A stretch of 64,000 bases of DNA from Minisyncoccota bacterium (lineage in GTDB: Bacteria; Patescibacteriota; Minisyncoccia; UBA6257; 2-01-FULL-56-20). The notes beneath the pieces are model-generated. The model worked only from the letters and a program-made list of their open reading frames with translations, did not search any database and had not been told where the DNA came from. Below, piece after piece: positions 35,450-44,069 of this stretch; position 1 is the first letter of the stretch; each line of letters opens with the position of its first letter. The stretch covers positions 30,250-94,249 of the forward strand of contig DATKNL010000010.1 of assembly GCA_035541435.1 (NCBI GenBank), given 5' to 3'. Position numbers and translations under genes: made by a program.

Positions 35450-36451
35450 CTAAAGAAGCTCGCCCTCGCCCCTGATTTTCAGGTGCTTATAGGCTGCCGG
35501 CAATACGATGCGGCCCGCGGACGAACGCTGCAGGAACCCGAGCGTCATGAGGAAGGGCTCATAGATGTCCTCGATGACCCCCTTGTCCTCGGAAAGCGCC
35601 GCCGAAAGCGTGTTGATGCCGACCGGTCCTCCGTGAAACTTCTCGATGATCGTCATGAGCAGGCGCCGGTCCTGGGGTTCGAGCCCCGCCTCGTCGATCT
35701 CGAGCATCTCGAGCGTCCGCAGGGCGGCCTCTTCGTCGATGCGCCTCGTGCCGTGCACCTCGGCGAAATCGCGCGCGCGCCGAAGCAGTCGGTTCGCCAC
35801 GCGCGGCGTGCCGCGGGAAGCGCGTGCGAGAATGCGGATCGCCTCGGGCGAGAAATCGATCCCGAGAATCTTCGCCGACCGCTCGAGGATCCGCTTGATG
35901 TCGTCGATGTCGTAATAGTTGAGGCGCAGCGTCGCGCCGAACCGCGACCGAAGCGGCTGCGAAAGCAGGTTCTCGCGCGTCGTCGCCGCGATGAGGGTGA
36001 AGGGCGGCAGGTCGAGGGAAAGCGTGCGCGCCGAGGGACCCTTGCCGACGACGAGGTGGAGCTTGCGCGCCTCCATGGCCGGATAGAGCACCTCTTCGAT
36101 CATCGGGTTCACGCGATGCGCCTCGTCGATGAATAAGATCTCCCCCGGCGAAAGGTTGGTCAGGATCGCGGCGAGGTCGCCGGTCTTTTCAAGCGCAGGA
36201 CCCGACGTCGTCTTGATGAGGCCGCCGAGTTCGCTCGCGACAAGATAGGCGAGCGTCGTTTTGCCAAGCCCTGCGGGACCGGAGAAAAGAAGATGGTCGG
36301 CAACCTCGCCGCGGTTCTTGGCGGCTTCGAGGATGACCTTGAGGTTGTTCTTGATCTTTTCCTGGCCGACATAGTCATCCCATTCGGTCGGCCGCAGGGT
36401 GAGGTCGATATTCTGGTCGTCGCTACCTGGTTGGTCCTTCGGTTTGCTCAT
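35450..36451 (-). CDS. ruvB: Holliday junction helicase RuvB
   Basis: LRP..WDDYVGQ, GPAGLGKTTLA, FIDEAHR, EEVLYPAME and RGTPRVANRLL motifs. Confidence 0.97.
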   Translation of the reverse strand: MSKPKDQPGSDDQNIDLTLRPTEWDDYVGQEKIKNNLKVILEAAKNRGEVADHLLFSGPAGLGKTTLAYLVASELGGLIKTTSGPALEKTGDLAAILTNLSPGEILFIDEAHRVNPMIEEVLYPAMEARKLHLVVGKGPSARTLSLDLPPFTLIAATTRENLLSQPLRSRFGATLRLNYYDIDDIKRILERSAKILGIDFSPEAIRILARASRGTPRVANRLLRRARDFAEVHGTRRIDEEAALRTLEMLEIDEAGLEPQDRRLLMTIIEKFHGGPVGINTLSAALSEDKGVIEDIYEPFLMTLGFLQRSSAGRIVLPAAYKHLKIRGEGELL

Positions 36452-36474
36452 AAAACAAGGCTTCTGGAGGGCAC

Positions 36475-36503
36475 TTGACAATAAATTGTATGTATGCTAT
36501 CAT
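36475..36503 (+). promoter_or_regulatory. Near-consensus sigma70 promoter
   Basis: TTGACA-17 nt-TATCAT with extended -10 TG. Confidence 0.8.
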
Positions 36504-36509
36504 CTGTAC

Positions 36510-36684
36510 CTGAAGTAGCTGATTTAAATCTGGGGGCGGGAATTATTTCTAAAAATTTTCAGGACGAACCGGTTTCGGCTGGTTCTATCCTTTGAGTAAT
36601 TCTAACCTCTTTTATCTTTCGATAGAAGAGATCTATATCCTTTCGCGAGGAATTGCCCCCAGGTTTAAGCCAACTACTTTTTTT
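36510..36684 (+). ncRNA. Unclassified ~175-nt structured ncRNA candidate (6S-like size)
   Basis: 25-bp closing stem 36513-36537/36655-36679, internal hairpins including a UUCG loop, upstream promoter, terminal U-tract, no credible ORF. Confidence 0.7.
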
Positions 36685-36697
36685 GTTGTTAAAACGG

Positions 36698-38374
36698 CTA
36701 CCACGCGATCTCGCCGGTCACATCCTCGACTTCGCTCCAGGTCGTGATTCCTTGAAGGACCTTGAGGATGCCGTCCTGCTGCATCGTCACCATCTCCTGC
36801 CTGTCCGCAAGCTCGCGCAACGCCACCTCCGACGCCTCTTTGAGAATCGTCTTCTCAAGTTCGGGGCCGCCTTCAAGAAATTCGAAAATGCCGATCCGTC
36901 CCTTATAGCCTAGGCCGCCACACTCGCCGCATCCGACGGCCTCATACATTTCATACGCCTGAAACGGGGATTTGTCCACCCTCTTCGGAAGGCGCGCGAG
37001 GAAATTCTTAATTTTCGCCTCAAGCGCCGCATCGGGCGTCTTCTTTTTCTTACACGTTTTGCAGAGCACCCGCACGAGCCGCTGCGCGATGACGAGCGAA
37101 AGCGCCGGCCCGATGCTTACCGGCTTCACGCCGAGATTGATGAGGCGCGGAACCGCGCCCACGGCGTCGTTCGTGTGCAGTGTCGAGAGCACGAGGTGTC
37201 CGGTGAGCGCCGCCTGCAAGGCGATGTCGGCCGTATCAAGATCGCGGACCTCGCCCACGAGGATCACGTCCGGATCCTGGCGCACGATCGCGCGGAGCCC
37301 GTTCGCGAACGTATAGCCCGATTCCCCGTCGACCTGCGTCTGCTCGATGCCTTCGATGCGGTATTCGATCGGATCCTCGAGCGTGATGATCTTGATTTCG
37401 GGCTTGTTGATGGTCCTCAGGAACGCATAGAGCGTCGTCGTCTTGCCCGAACCCGTGGGCCCCGTGTTCAGGATCAGCCCGTTCGGGCGGGCGAGCTGCC
37501 GCTTCACGATATCGAGGCTGTCGGGGCGGAGCCCAAGATCGGCGATGGCAACCGTGGTCGCCGACGGGTCGAGGATGCGCATGACGATCGTCTCGCCGAA
37601 TTCGGCCGGGATCACCGAAACGCGCATCTCAACCTCCTTGCCCCCGAGCTCGATGGTGAACCGCCCGTCCTGCGCCGCGTCGCGGACGTTCAGCTTGAGT
37701 CCCGAAAGCAGCTTGATGCGCGACACGAATGCGCGGTACGTCTCAAGCGGCAAGCCGTCGAAGATGTCGTGCAGCAGGCCGTCGATGCGAAATCGGATCT
37801 TCGCCTTCTTTTCCTCGGCTTCGGTATGGACATCTGATGCGCGCATGCCCAAAGCCCCGGCAAGGATGATCTCGATCAGCGCGACTGGTGAGATGCGCGC
37901 CGGATCGTGGCTTGCGATCTCCTTGCCGATCGCATCGGTCGACGACAGGCGCTTGCGCAGGTCCTCGAGCCGGTCCTTCGAAATCTTCACCGTGCCGGTG
38001 ATCGCCTCGGCTTCCGGCCGCACGAACTGATAGAACCGCAACGCGGCCTCGAGGCTCGACGGGGAGATGACGACCTGCTTCACCGAATATTTCTTCCCTT
38101 CGAGGTCGCTCACAACCTTCTTCGCGGTTTCGAGGGACGGATTCACGACGCCGAGCGCGATCTTCGTTCCCTTTATTTCGATCGCAACCGCTTTCGCGTT
38201 GCGCGCGTCTTCTTCGGGGACGGCCCGGACGGCGTCAAGGGAAACGGGAACGGTGGCGAGGTTCGCATATGAAAGCCCGAGCTGGGCCGCAAGCCGTTCC
38301 GCGGCGCGCTCCTCGCCGTCACGGCGGAGTTTCACGATCCGCTCCTGAAGCTCATTCGGCTGTAAATCGTGCAT
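36698..38374 (-). CDS. pilB: GspE/PilB family type IV pilus assembly ATPase
   Basis: ASDVH.E, RFRIDG.L, QDGRF, GPTGSGKTTT, EDPIEY, RQDPDVILVGEVRD, TGHLVLSTLH and two CxxC motifs. Start at 38374 has TACAAT 7 nt upstream. Confidence 0.9.
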   Translation of the reverse strand: MHDLQPNELQERIVKLRRDGEERAAERLAAQLGLSYANLATVPVSLDAVRAVPEEDARNAKAVAIEIKGTKIALGVVNPSLETAKKVVSDLEGKKYSVKQVVISPSSLEAALRFYQFVRPEAEAITGTVKISKDRLEDLRKRLSSTDAIGKEIASHDPARISPVALIEIILAGALGMRASDVHTEAEEKKAKIRFRIDGLLHDIFDGLPLETYRAFVSRIKLLSGLKLNVRDAAQDGRFTIELGGKEVEMRVSVIPAEFGETIVMRILDPSATTVAIADLGLRPDSLDIVKRQLARPNGLILNTGPTGSGKTTTLYAFLRTINKPEIKIITLEDPIEYRIEGIEQTQVDGESGYTFANGLRAIVRQDPDVILVGEVRDLDTADIALQAALTGHLVLSTLHTNDAVGAVPRLINLGVKPVSIGPALSLVIAQRLVRVLCKTCKKKKTPDAALEAKIKNFLARLPKRVDKSPFQAYEMYEAVGCGECGGLGYKGRIGIFEFLEGGPELEKTILKEASEVALRELADRQEMVTMQQDGILKVLQGITTWSEVEDVTGEIAW

Positions 38375-38417
38375 TGCTATCATTGTAGCCCCGAAAAAGC
38401 GGCATTTCCATGGGATA

Positions 38418-38447
38418 TTGACAATGAGGTTAATTTTGTGCTAAAAT
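38418..38447 (+). promoter_or_regulatory. sigma70 promoter
   Basis: TTGACA-18 nt-TAAAAT with extended TG, upstream of ORF 38506. Confidence 0.65.
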
Positions 38448-38505
38448 ATAACCGTTCTTTACCACTATTATTGGCACCTGCGCCGCCGGCGCGAAGGGAG
38501 AAACC

Positions 38506-39213
38506 ATGAAACCGTTCACGTATTACGCCGTCCGCTTTTTCTTTTTCCTTGTCACGCCGGGAATCTTCACGTCGATTCCGGCAATGACGCAGAACATCGT
38601 CACCTATCCGGCCCCGTCGAAGGAGAAGCACGCCGCCATGCCGGATTTCAAAAATGCGGCATTCGGAATCAACTTCACGGGAGCGGCCGCCGAAAAGATG
38701 CAGCAGATCCTTCAGGGAAAGAAGGTCGGCGCGAGAAAATTCAACGTCGACAGCAATCGGTGCCCGTCAAACCCGTCATCCCCCCTCGTCTGCGTTTCCT
38801 ATTCCATAAGACAGGGAGGCGCGATTTTCGGATATGGCACCGCGTTCAGTTCAGGCAGGCGCGGCGGCATAGGCTCGACGAGCTCGATGAGCGGCAACCT
38901 TGTCGTGGTCGAACTCAAGGTCGAACTGCTGCAGCCGAACCGCGATCCCGTGCTCCTCGGCAGCTGCGACGCAGAGAACGCTGCCGGATATGGCGGCGAT
39001 TCGACCTATAGCTACGACCGCCACGGGTCAGGATCGTTCAGTTCGTACGGTCAGACACCCCTGGGCCTCGCGGCCGGCGTCGCTCTCGGGAAATGCATGA
39101 GCCGTCAGTTCGGAGACAACTTCGGAAAAGCGGTCTTCGACTCCGCAGCCCATCCCCGATGGTATCCCGGCGCTTACGAGGCCGTGAAGGCTGCGTTTCC
39201 CGAATCGAAATGA
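38506..39213 (+). CDS. Hypothetical exported protein
   Basis: GGGAG RBS, hydrophobic N-terminus, own promoter and terminator. Confidence 0.7.
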   Translation: MKPFTYYAVRFFFFLVTPGIFTSIPAMTQNIVTYPAPSKEKHAAMPDFKNAAFGINFTGAAAEKMQQILQGKKVGARKFNVDSNRCPSNPSSPLVCVSYSIRQGGAIFGYGTAFSSGRRGGIGSTSSMSGNLVVVELKVELLQPNRDPVLLGSCDAENAAGYGGDSTYSYDRHGSGSFSSYGQTPLGLAAGVALGKCMSRQFGDNFGKAVFDSAAHPRWYPGAYEAVKAAFPESK

Positions 39214-39232
39214 AGGCATTCGAAAGAATCCA

Positions 39233-39261
39233 CCCGTCGCACCTGCGGCGGGCTTTTTTTT
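39233..39261 (+). terminator. Intrinsic terminator
   Basis: CCCGTCGCA...TGCGGCGGG followed by a T8 tract. Confidence 0.8.
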
Positions 39262-39299
39262 CTCGGTTTCCGGATTATAATTCAAGCGAAACCACCACC

Positions 39300-39836
39300 A
39301 TGTCAGGACACTCGCATTGGGCCGGCATCAAGCACAAAAAGGAGGTCACCGACAAGAAGCGCGGGAAGGTCTTTTCGAAGCTGCTCGCAGCCATTTCGGC
39401 GGCGGCGAAAACCGAGCAGAATCCCGACTTCAACCCGCGCCTCCGTACGGCGGTCACGAAGGCGAGGGCCGCAAGCGTTCCGGCGGACACCATCGAGCGG
39501 GCCATCAAGAAAGCGTCCGAAGCCAAGGCGATGGACGAGCTGCTCTTCGAAGCCTATGGTCCCGGCGGCTCGGCCATCATGATCGAGGCCCTTTCCGACA
39601 ACCGCAACCGGACCATTCAGGAGATCAAGCTGATCCTCAAGGAACACAACGGGAAGTGGGCCGAATCAGGCAGCGTCCAATGGGCCTTTGAAAAGACAGC
39701 CGAGGGGTGGAACGCGAAATTCCCCCAAGACCTTCCGGAAGCGGAACGGAATCAGCTCATCAACCTGCTTGAGGCTATTGATGACAATGACGACGTGCAG
39801 GAGGTCTACACGAATGCGAATTTAACCGAAATTTAA
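39300..39836 (+). CDS. yebC: YebC/PmpR family protein (short form)
   Basis: MSGHSHWAGIKHKK...NPRLR...EAYGPGG...DNRNRT...DDVQEVYTN. Confidence 0.93.
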   Translation: MSGHSHWAGIKHKKEVTDKKRGKVFSKLLAAISAAAKTEQNPDFNPRLRTAVTKARAASVPADTIERAIKKASEAKAMDELLFEAYGPGGSAIMIEALSDNRNRTIQEIKLILKEHNGKWAESGSVQWAFEKTAEGWNAKFPQDLPEAERNQLINLLEAIDDNDDVQEVYTNANLTEI

Positions 39837-39858
39837 TCATCGTTCGCCTATCCTTATC

Positions 39859-40338
39859 ATGATCGCTCTCGGCATCGATCCAGGCACGCGACGAGTCGGC
39901 TTCGGGGTCGTCAGGCAGGAAGGCAACGAAGCCCGCCTCATCAAAGCCGACATCGTGCCCGTTTCAAGCTCGAACGACGTCGACGCGCTTTTCGAGATCA
40001 AGGCGTGCATCGACGGACTGATCCGGCGTCACAAACCCGACGTCATAGCGGTCGAAAAGCTTTTCTTCTCGAAAAACCGGACGACGGCGATCGCCGTAGC
40101 GCAGGCCCGCGGGGTCATCCTGCTTGCCGCACGCGAGGGCGGCGTACGCATCAGGGAATACGGACCGAACGAAGTGAAGATCGGCGTCACGGGTTATGGC
40201 GCAGCCGACAAGAAGGCGGTGCTTAAAATGGTGCGCCTCATCCTCAAAAAACCGGCCCTTTCAGTGATCGATGATGCGAGTGACGCACTCGCGCTCGCGA
40301 TCATCGCATGCGGCGACCGCACTTATCCACATCCGTAA
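39859..40338 (+). CDS. ruvC: Holliday junction resolvase RuvC
   Basis: LGIDPG, AVEKLFF.KN, QARGV, GYG.ADK and DDASDALA motifs. Confidence 0.96.
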   Translation: MIALGIDPGTRRVGFGVVRQEGNEARLIKADIVPVSSSNDVDALFEIKACIDGLIRRHKPDVIAVEKLFFSKNRTTAIAVAQARGVILLAAREGGVRIREYGPNEVKIGVTGYGAADKKAVLKMVRLILKKPALSVIDDASDALALAIIACGDRTYPHP

Positions 40339-40366
40339 TTGACACGCATCGAGACTTCCCTATACT
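40323..40366 (+). promoter_or_regulatory. DnaA box plus sigma70 promoter
   Basis: TTATCCACA at 40323-40331, TTGACA at 40339-40344, 16 nt spacer, TATACT at 40361-40366. Confidence 0.7.
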
Positions 40367-40407
40367 GATTTTAAAAATTAACGAAAAGGTCGCGATCAAC
40401 AATCATC

Positions 40408-40569
40408 ATGACGACGGAATTATTCAGGCTCGCGCTCGAGTTTCGCGGATTAAGCGACGAAGACAGCGATGACACCGGAGTGGACGACATCGAGGAACTC
40501 GACGGCGAAGAGGAGGGTGCCGAGGAGCTTGGCGTTGAAGAAGAAGCCGACCCTCTTATCGAAGGTTAG
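40408..40569 (+). CDS. 53-aa highly acidic microprotein
   Basis: MTTELFRLALEFRGLSDEDSDDTGVDDIEELDGEEEGAEELGVEEEADPLIEG*, lying between a promoter and a terminator. Confidence 0.7.
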   Translation: MTTELFRLALEFRGLSDEDSDDTGVDDIEELDGEEEGAEELGVEEEADPLIEG

Positions 40570-40585
40570 GATTCCCTGCGTTTGA

Positions 40586-40618
40586 AATAAAAAACGGCGC
40601 TTGTCGCTGTTTTTTATT
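40586..40618. terminator. Intrinsic terminator
   Basis: AATAAAAAACGGCG-CTTGT-CGCTGTTTTTTATT. Confidence 0.8.
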
Positions 40619-40647
40619 GTAAAACGCGGTAAAATGAGGCTTGGGTC

Positions 40648-42816
40648 ATGCCTTCGCACTATCCCATAAAAGCCCGACGTTCGTGGTCTCGTATCGCGGC
40701 AGTCATAGGCATCGTCATCGCGGGAGCCATCGGCATCCTTCTCGTTGCCATCCTTTATTTTGCGAGTACGGTTCCGACCATCCAGGAAATCTCGAGCCAG
40801 CAGATCAGCCAGTCCACCAAAATCTATGACCGCACCGGGGCGGTCCTTTTATATCAGATCAGCAACGGCCCGACACGAACGGTCGTTTCATATGATCAGA
40901 TTCCGCAATCCCTCAAGGATGCGACCGTCGAACTGGAAGATGAGAATTTTTATAACGAACCCGGTTTCGACTGGAAGGGGATCGTTCGAGCCGTCTATGA
41001 AGACATCGTCCACCACTCTTTCGTTCAGGGCGGCTCAACCATCACGCAGCAGCTCGCGCGGACCGCATTCCTCACCCTCGATCAGACCCTTAGCCGAAAG
41101 CTCAAAGAGTTCGTCCTGGCGGTAAAGCTGAACAACTATTATTCAAAGGATCAGATTCTCGCCCTCTACCTGAACGAGGTCCCTTATGGTCCGAATATCG
41201 CAGGGGTCGAGGCGGCGAGCGAGGCTTATTTCGGGGTTCCGGTGACCCAGATCAACCTTGCCCAGGCGGCGCTCCTCGCATCGCTTCCCCAAGCACCCTC
41301 CTATTATTCGCCGTGGGGCAGTCACACCGACGAGCTGTTCGCCAGGCAGAAATTCACCCTGCAGAAGATGTATGCCGCGGGGAAAATCACCAAGCAGCAG
41401 CTGAATGACGCGTTGGCCTATAAGATCACCTTCCAACCCCAGTCCGCGAGCGGCATCGGCGGCGGCATCAAGGCGCCGCACTTCGTCATGGCCGTCGAGC
41501 AGTACCTCTATCAGAAATATGGCGAGAACATGGTTGACCGCGGCGGTCTCAAGGTCGTGACGACCCTCAATTGGCCGATGCAGCAGGCGGCCGAAACCGC
41601 GGTTGCCCAGGGTGTGGCCCGCGACAAGCAGCTCTACGACTCGAACAACGGCGCGCTTGTGGCGCAGGATCCGGTCACCGGCCAGGTTCTCGCGCTTGTA
41701 GGATCGGCCGACTATTTCGACACGTCGAACGAGGGCAACTTCGACGTCGCGACCCAGGGCCTCCGCCAGCCGGGATCGTCGCTTAAGCCGTTCGTCTATA
41801 TGACCGGCTTCCAGATGGGCTACACGCCCGATACGATCCTCTTCGACGTCCCCACCGAGTTCAGCACCGATCCCTCGTGTCCGACCATTCCGAACTTCAC
41901 AACGGCATCCAATGCGAAATGCTTCCACCCCCAGGATTTCGAGGGGACGTTTGCGGGCCCGATGACGATCCGCAACGCGCTCGCCCAATCAGTCAACGTC
42001 CCGGCCGTACAGATGCTTTATCTTGTGGGCGAGCAGACGGCGCTTCAGAACGTCGCCAACTTCGGAATCACGACCCTCACCCAACCGAACCAATACGGCC
42101 TCTCGCTCGTGCTTGGCGGCGGCGCCGTCCACCTTATCGACCTCACTGAGGCTTATTCGGTTCTTGCCGACGATGGCACGAAACACAACCAGACGATGGT
42201 GCTGCAGGTCCAGGACAACAACGGCAACACCCTCGAATCCTACGGCGACCAGACGTCCGCGGTCGCCGACACCCAATCGGTTCGCCTGGTGAACGACATC
42301 CTTTCCGACCCGAACGCTCGCGCGCCGCTCTTCCAGGCCAGCCAAAACCTCACCGTGTTCCCCGGCTATGACGTAGCGCTCAAGACGGGTACCTCGAACG
42401 ATTATCGCGACGCGTGGGCCATGGGATACACGCCATCGATCGTCGTCGGCGTCTGGGCGGGAAGAAACGACAACGTACCCATGAAGAAAAACGGCTCAAG
42501 CATCCTTGCGGCCGTTCCGATTTGGAGCGCATTCATGCAGCAGGCCCTCCCCATGGTGCCCAACACCACATTCACGCCGCCCGACCCGCCGTCGGAACCG
42601 AAACCGATCCTTGCCGGACAGGCCTTCGTCAACGGGCAGGTTCATTCGATCCTTTATTACGTCAACAAAACCGATCCGCTCGGACCGCCGCCCGCGAACC
42701 CGGCGAGCGATCCCCAGTTTCACAACTGGGAAACCGATCTTCAGGCGTGGGTCTCGAGAAATCCCGGCATACTCCAGCAGCAGGGCCCGGGTTCGAGCAC
42801 CAGCACGCAGGGATAG
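40648..42816 (+). CDS. Class A penicillin-binding protein (PBP1A family)
   Basis: Transglycosylase motifs EDENFY, GGSTITQQL, RKLKE and YLNE. Transpeptidase motifs SSLK, SVN and KTGT. Confidence 0.95.
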   Translation: MPSHYPIKARRSWSRIAAVIGIVIAGAIGILLVAILYFASTVPTIQEISSQQISQSTKIYDRTGAVLLYQISNGPTRTVVSYDQIPQSLKDATVELEDENFYNEPGFDWKGIVRAVYEDIVHHSFVQGGSTITQQLARTAFLTLDQTLSRKLKEFVLAVKLNNYYSKDQILALYLNEVPYGPNIAGVEAASEAYFGVPVTQINLAQAALLASLPQAPSYYSPWGSHTDELFARQKFTLQKMYAAGKITKQQLNDALAYKITFQPQSASGIGGGIKAPHFVMAVEQYLYQKYGENMVDRGGLKVVTTLNWPMQQAAETAVAQGVARDKQLYDSNNGALVAQDPVTGQVLALVGSADYFDTSNEGNFDVATQGLRQPGSSLKPFVYMTGFQMGYTPDTILFDVPTEFSTDPSCPTIPNFTTASNAKCFHPQDFEGTFAGPMTIRNALAQSVNVPAVQMLYLVGEQTALQNVANFGITTLTQPNQYGLSLVLGGGAVHLIDLTEAYSVLADDGTKHNQTMVLQVQDNNGNTLESYGDQTSAVADTQSVRLVNDILSDPNARAPLFQASQNLTVFPGYDVALKTGTSNDYRDAWAMGYTPSIVVGVWAGRNDNVPMKKNGSSILAAVPIWSAFMQQALPMVPNTTFTPPDPPSEPKPILAGQAFVNGQVHSILYYVNKTDPLGPPPANPASDPQFHNWETDLQAWVSRNPGILQQQGPGSSTSTQG

Positions 42817-42819
42817 CCC

Positions 42820-43932
42820 CTAGGACTTCAGGATGGGTTTTAAAACGTAGAAATACGACGTATCGCTTGTCGATCTGATGAGCGCGGGGTTCGCGTCCTC
42901 CCGAAGGCCAAGAAAGATGCTGTCTGTCTTGATGGCTTTCAGAGGGTCGGCGAGATAGCGCCAGTTGAAGTGCGTTTCAATCATCTCACCTTTTATCTTG
43001 GCGGGGAGGGTGTAGACGTTCTCACCAAGCGCCTGATCTGCGGAACTCATCTCGATGGCTTTCTTATTCTGGTGCACTTTGATCTTAATCTCGCTGTTTT
43101 TTTGGCCAAAGATCCCCGACAGCTTCACGGCGTTTGCCAATTCCTCCTTTTCAACCGCTATTTCCGTGGAAAATTCATGAGGAATAATCGCTGAATAGTC
43201 GGGGAATGATCCGTCGATGAGGCGTGAAACCAATTCGGTTTTTTCGGTTTTAAAAAGAATCTGGTTCTCATCCATGGTGATCCTCACCAATTCCTCGTCC
43301 TTAAGGATCCTCGAGGCTTCCAGGCCTGTTTTAAGCGGAACCAGGACCTTAAAGGGATCCATATTCTTTGCGGTAAAAAGACTGGAGGATAGGGTCTTTT
43401 CAGCCAGCCTAAAACCGTCGGTCGACGCCATCTTCAGGTTTTCAATCGAAAAATCGAAAAAGATGCTGTTCAGTTCGGGTCGTAAGTCGGAAAACTGCGA
43501 AGCTACGGTTACCTGCTGGATCGCCTCCTTGAGGAAAATGCCCTTTATTTCCAAATAGCCGCCCCCGGTTTTTATCTTCGGCGTGATCGGAAAGTCATCA
43601 GCCGGCATGCCGTTTATTGTGGCACTATAATTGTCGGTCGTGATTTCGATGTTGTTTCCCTTTTTCTCGAAGTTGAGGCGGTCGCTCTGAATGCTCCCGA
43701 TGACACCCGATAAAAGGTTGAGTGGCGCCGTTGTCTTGCCGTTCTCGATGACCTTTCCGACGACGGCGTGATTGATCGCGATCTCAAGATTGGTCGCTGA
43801 AAAAGATATTCCCTTGTCGTTCGTCTCGATGAGGATGTTTTTAAGTATGGGAAGGTTCTGATTTTCTCCCGTCGCCCTCTCGATGACCGACAAGGCTTCT
43901 TTGATATTCGATCGGATCGCGATAAATTTCAT
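42820..43932 (-). CDS. dnaN: DNA polymerase III beta sliding clamp
   Basis: PIL.NILI, ATNLEI, RPEL, STDGFRLAE and SRLIDGSFPDY motifs, downstream of dnaA. Confidence 0.97.
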   Translation of the reverse strand: MKFIAIRSNIKEALSVIERATGENQNLPILKNILIETNDKGISFSATNLEIAINHAVVGKVIENGKTTAPLNLLSGVIGSIQSDRLNFEKKGNNIEITTDNYSATINGMPADDFPITPKIKTGGGYLEIKGIFLKEAIQQVTVASQFSDLRPELNSIFFDFSIENLKMASTDGFRLAEKTLSSSLFTAKNMDPFKVLVPLKTGLEASRILKDEELVRITMDENQILFKTEKTELVSRLIDGSFPDYSAIIPHEFSTEIAVEKEELANAVKLSGIFGQKNSEIKIKVHQNKKAIEMSSADQALGENVYTLPAKIKGEMIETHFNWRYLADPLKAIKTDSIFLGLREDANPALIRSTSDTSYFYVLKPILKS

Positions 43933-44069
43933 TTCAGTAATCTTAATATATCAAAGATATAAAGAAATTTATTTTTATTATGACTATTAGGGACTGCGTT
44001 GTGGGGATAATTTCGAAACGACTGATTTTTAAAGATTAAGATCTGATTTTTTTCTCACGCATCCTGTTA
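43933..44069. other. AT-rich dnaA-dnaN spacer, probable oriC unwinding region
   Basis: Very AT-rich, with one-mismatch DnaA box TGGGGATAA at 44002-44010. Confidence 0.6.

Noticed and set aside
36510-36684. tmRNA, SRP RNA or simple terminator as identity of the structured element
   Set aside because: It lacks the tRNA-like ends and tag ORF of tmRNA and the SRP domain IV GNRA/AGCAG motif. It is far larger than a terminator and has its own promoter.
40408-40569. Pup/UBact-like modifier identity for the acidic microprotein
   Set aside because: It ends in IEG rather than GG[Q/E], and no proteasome, PafA or Dop genes are nearby.
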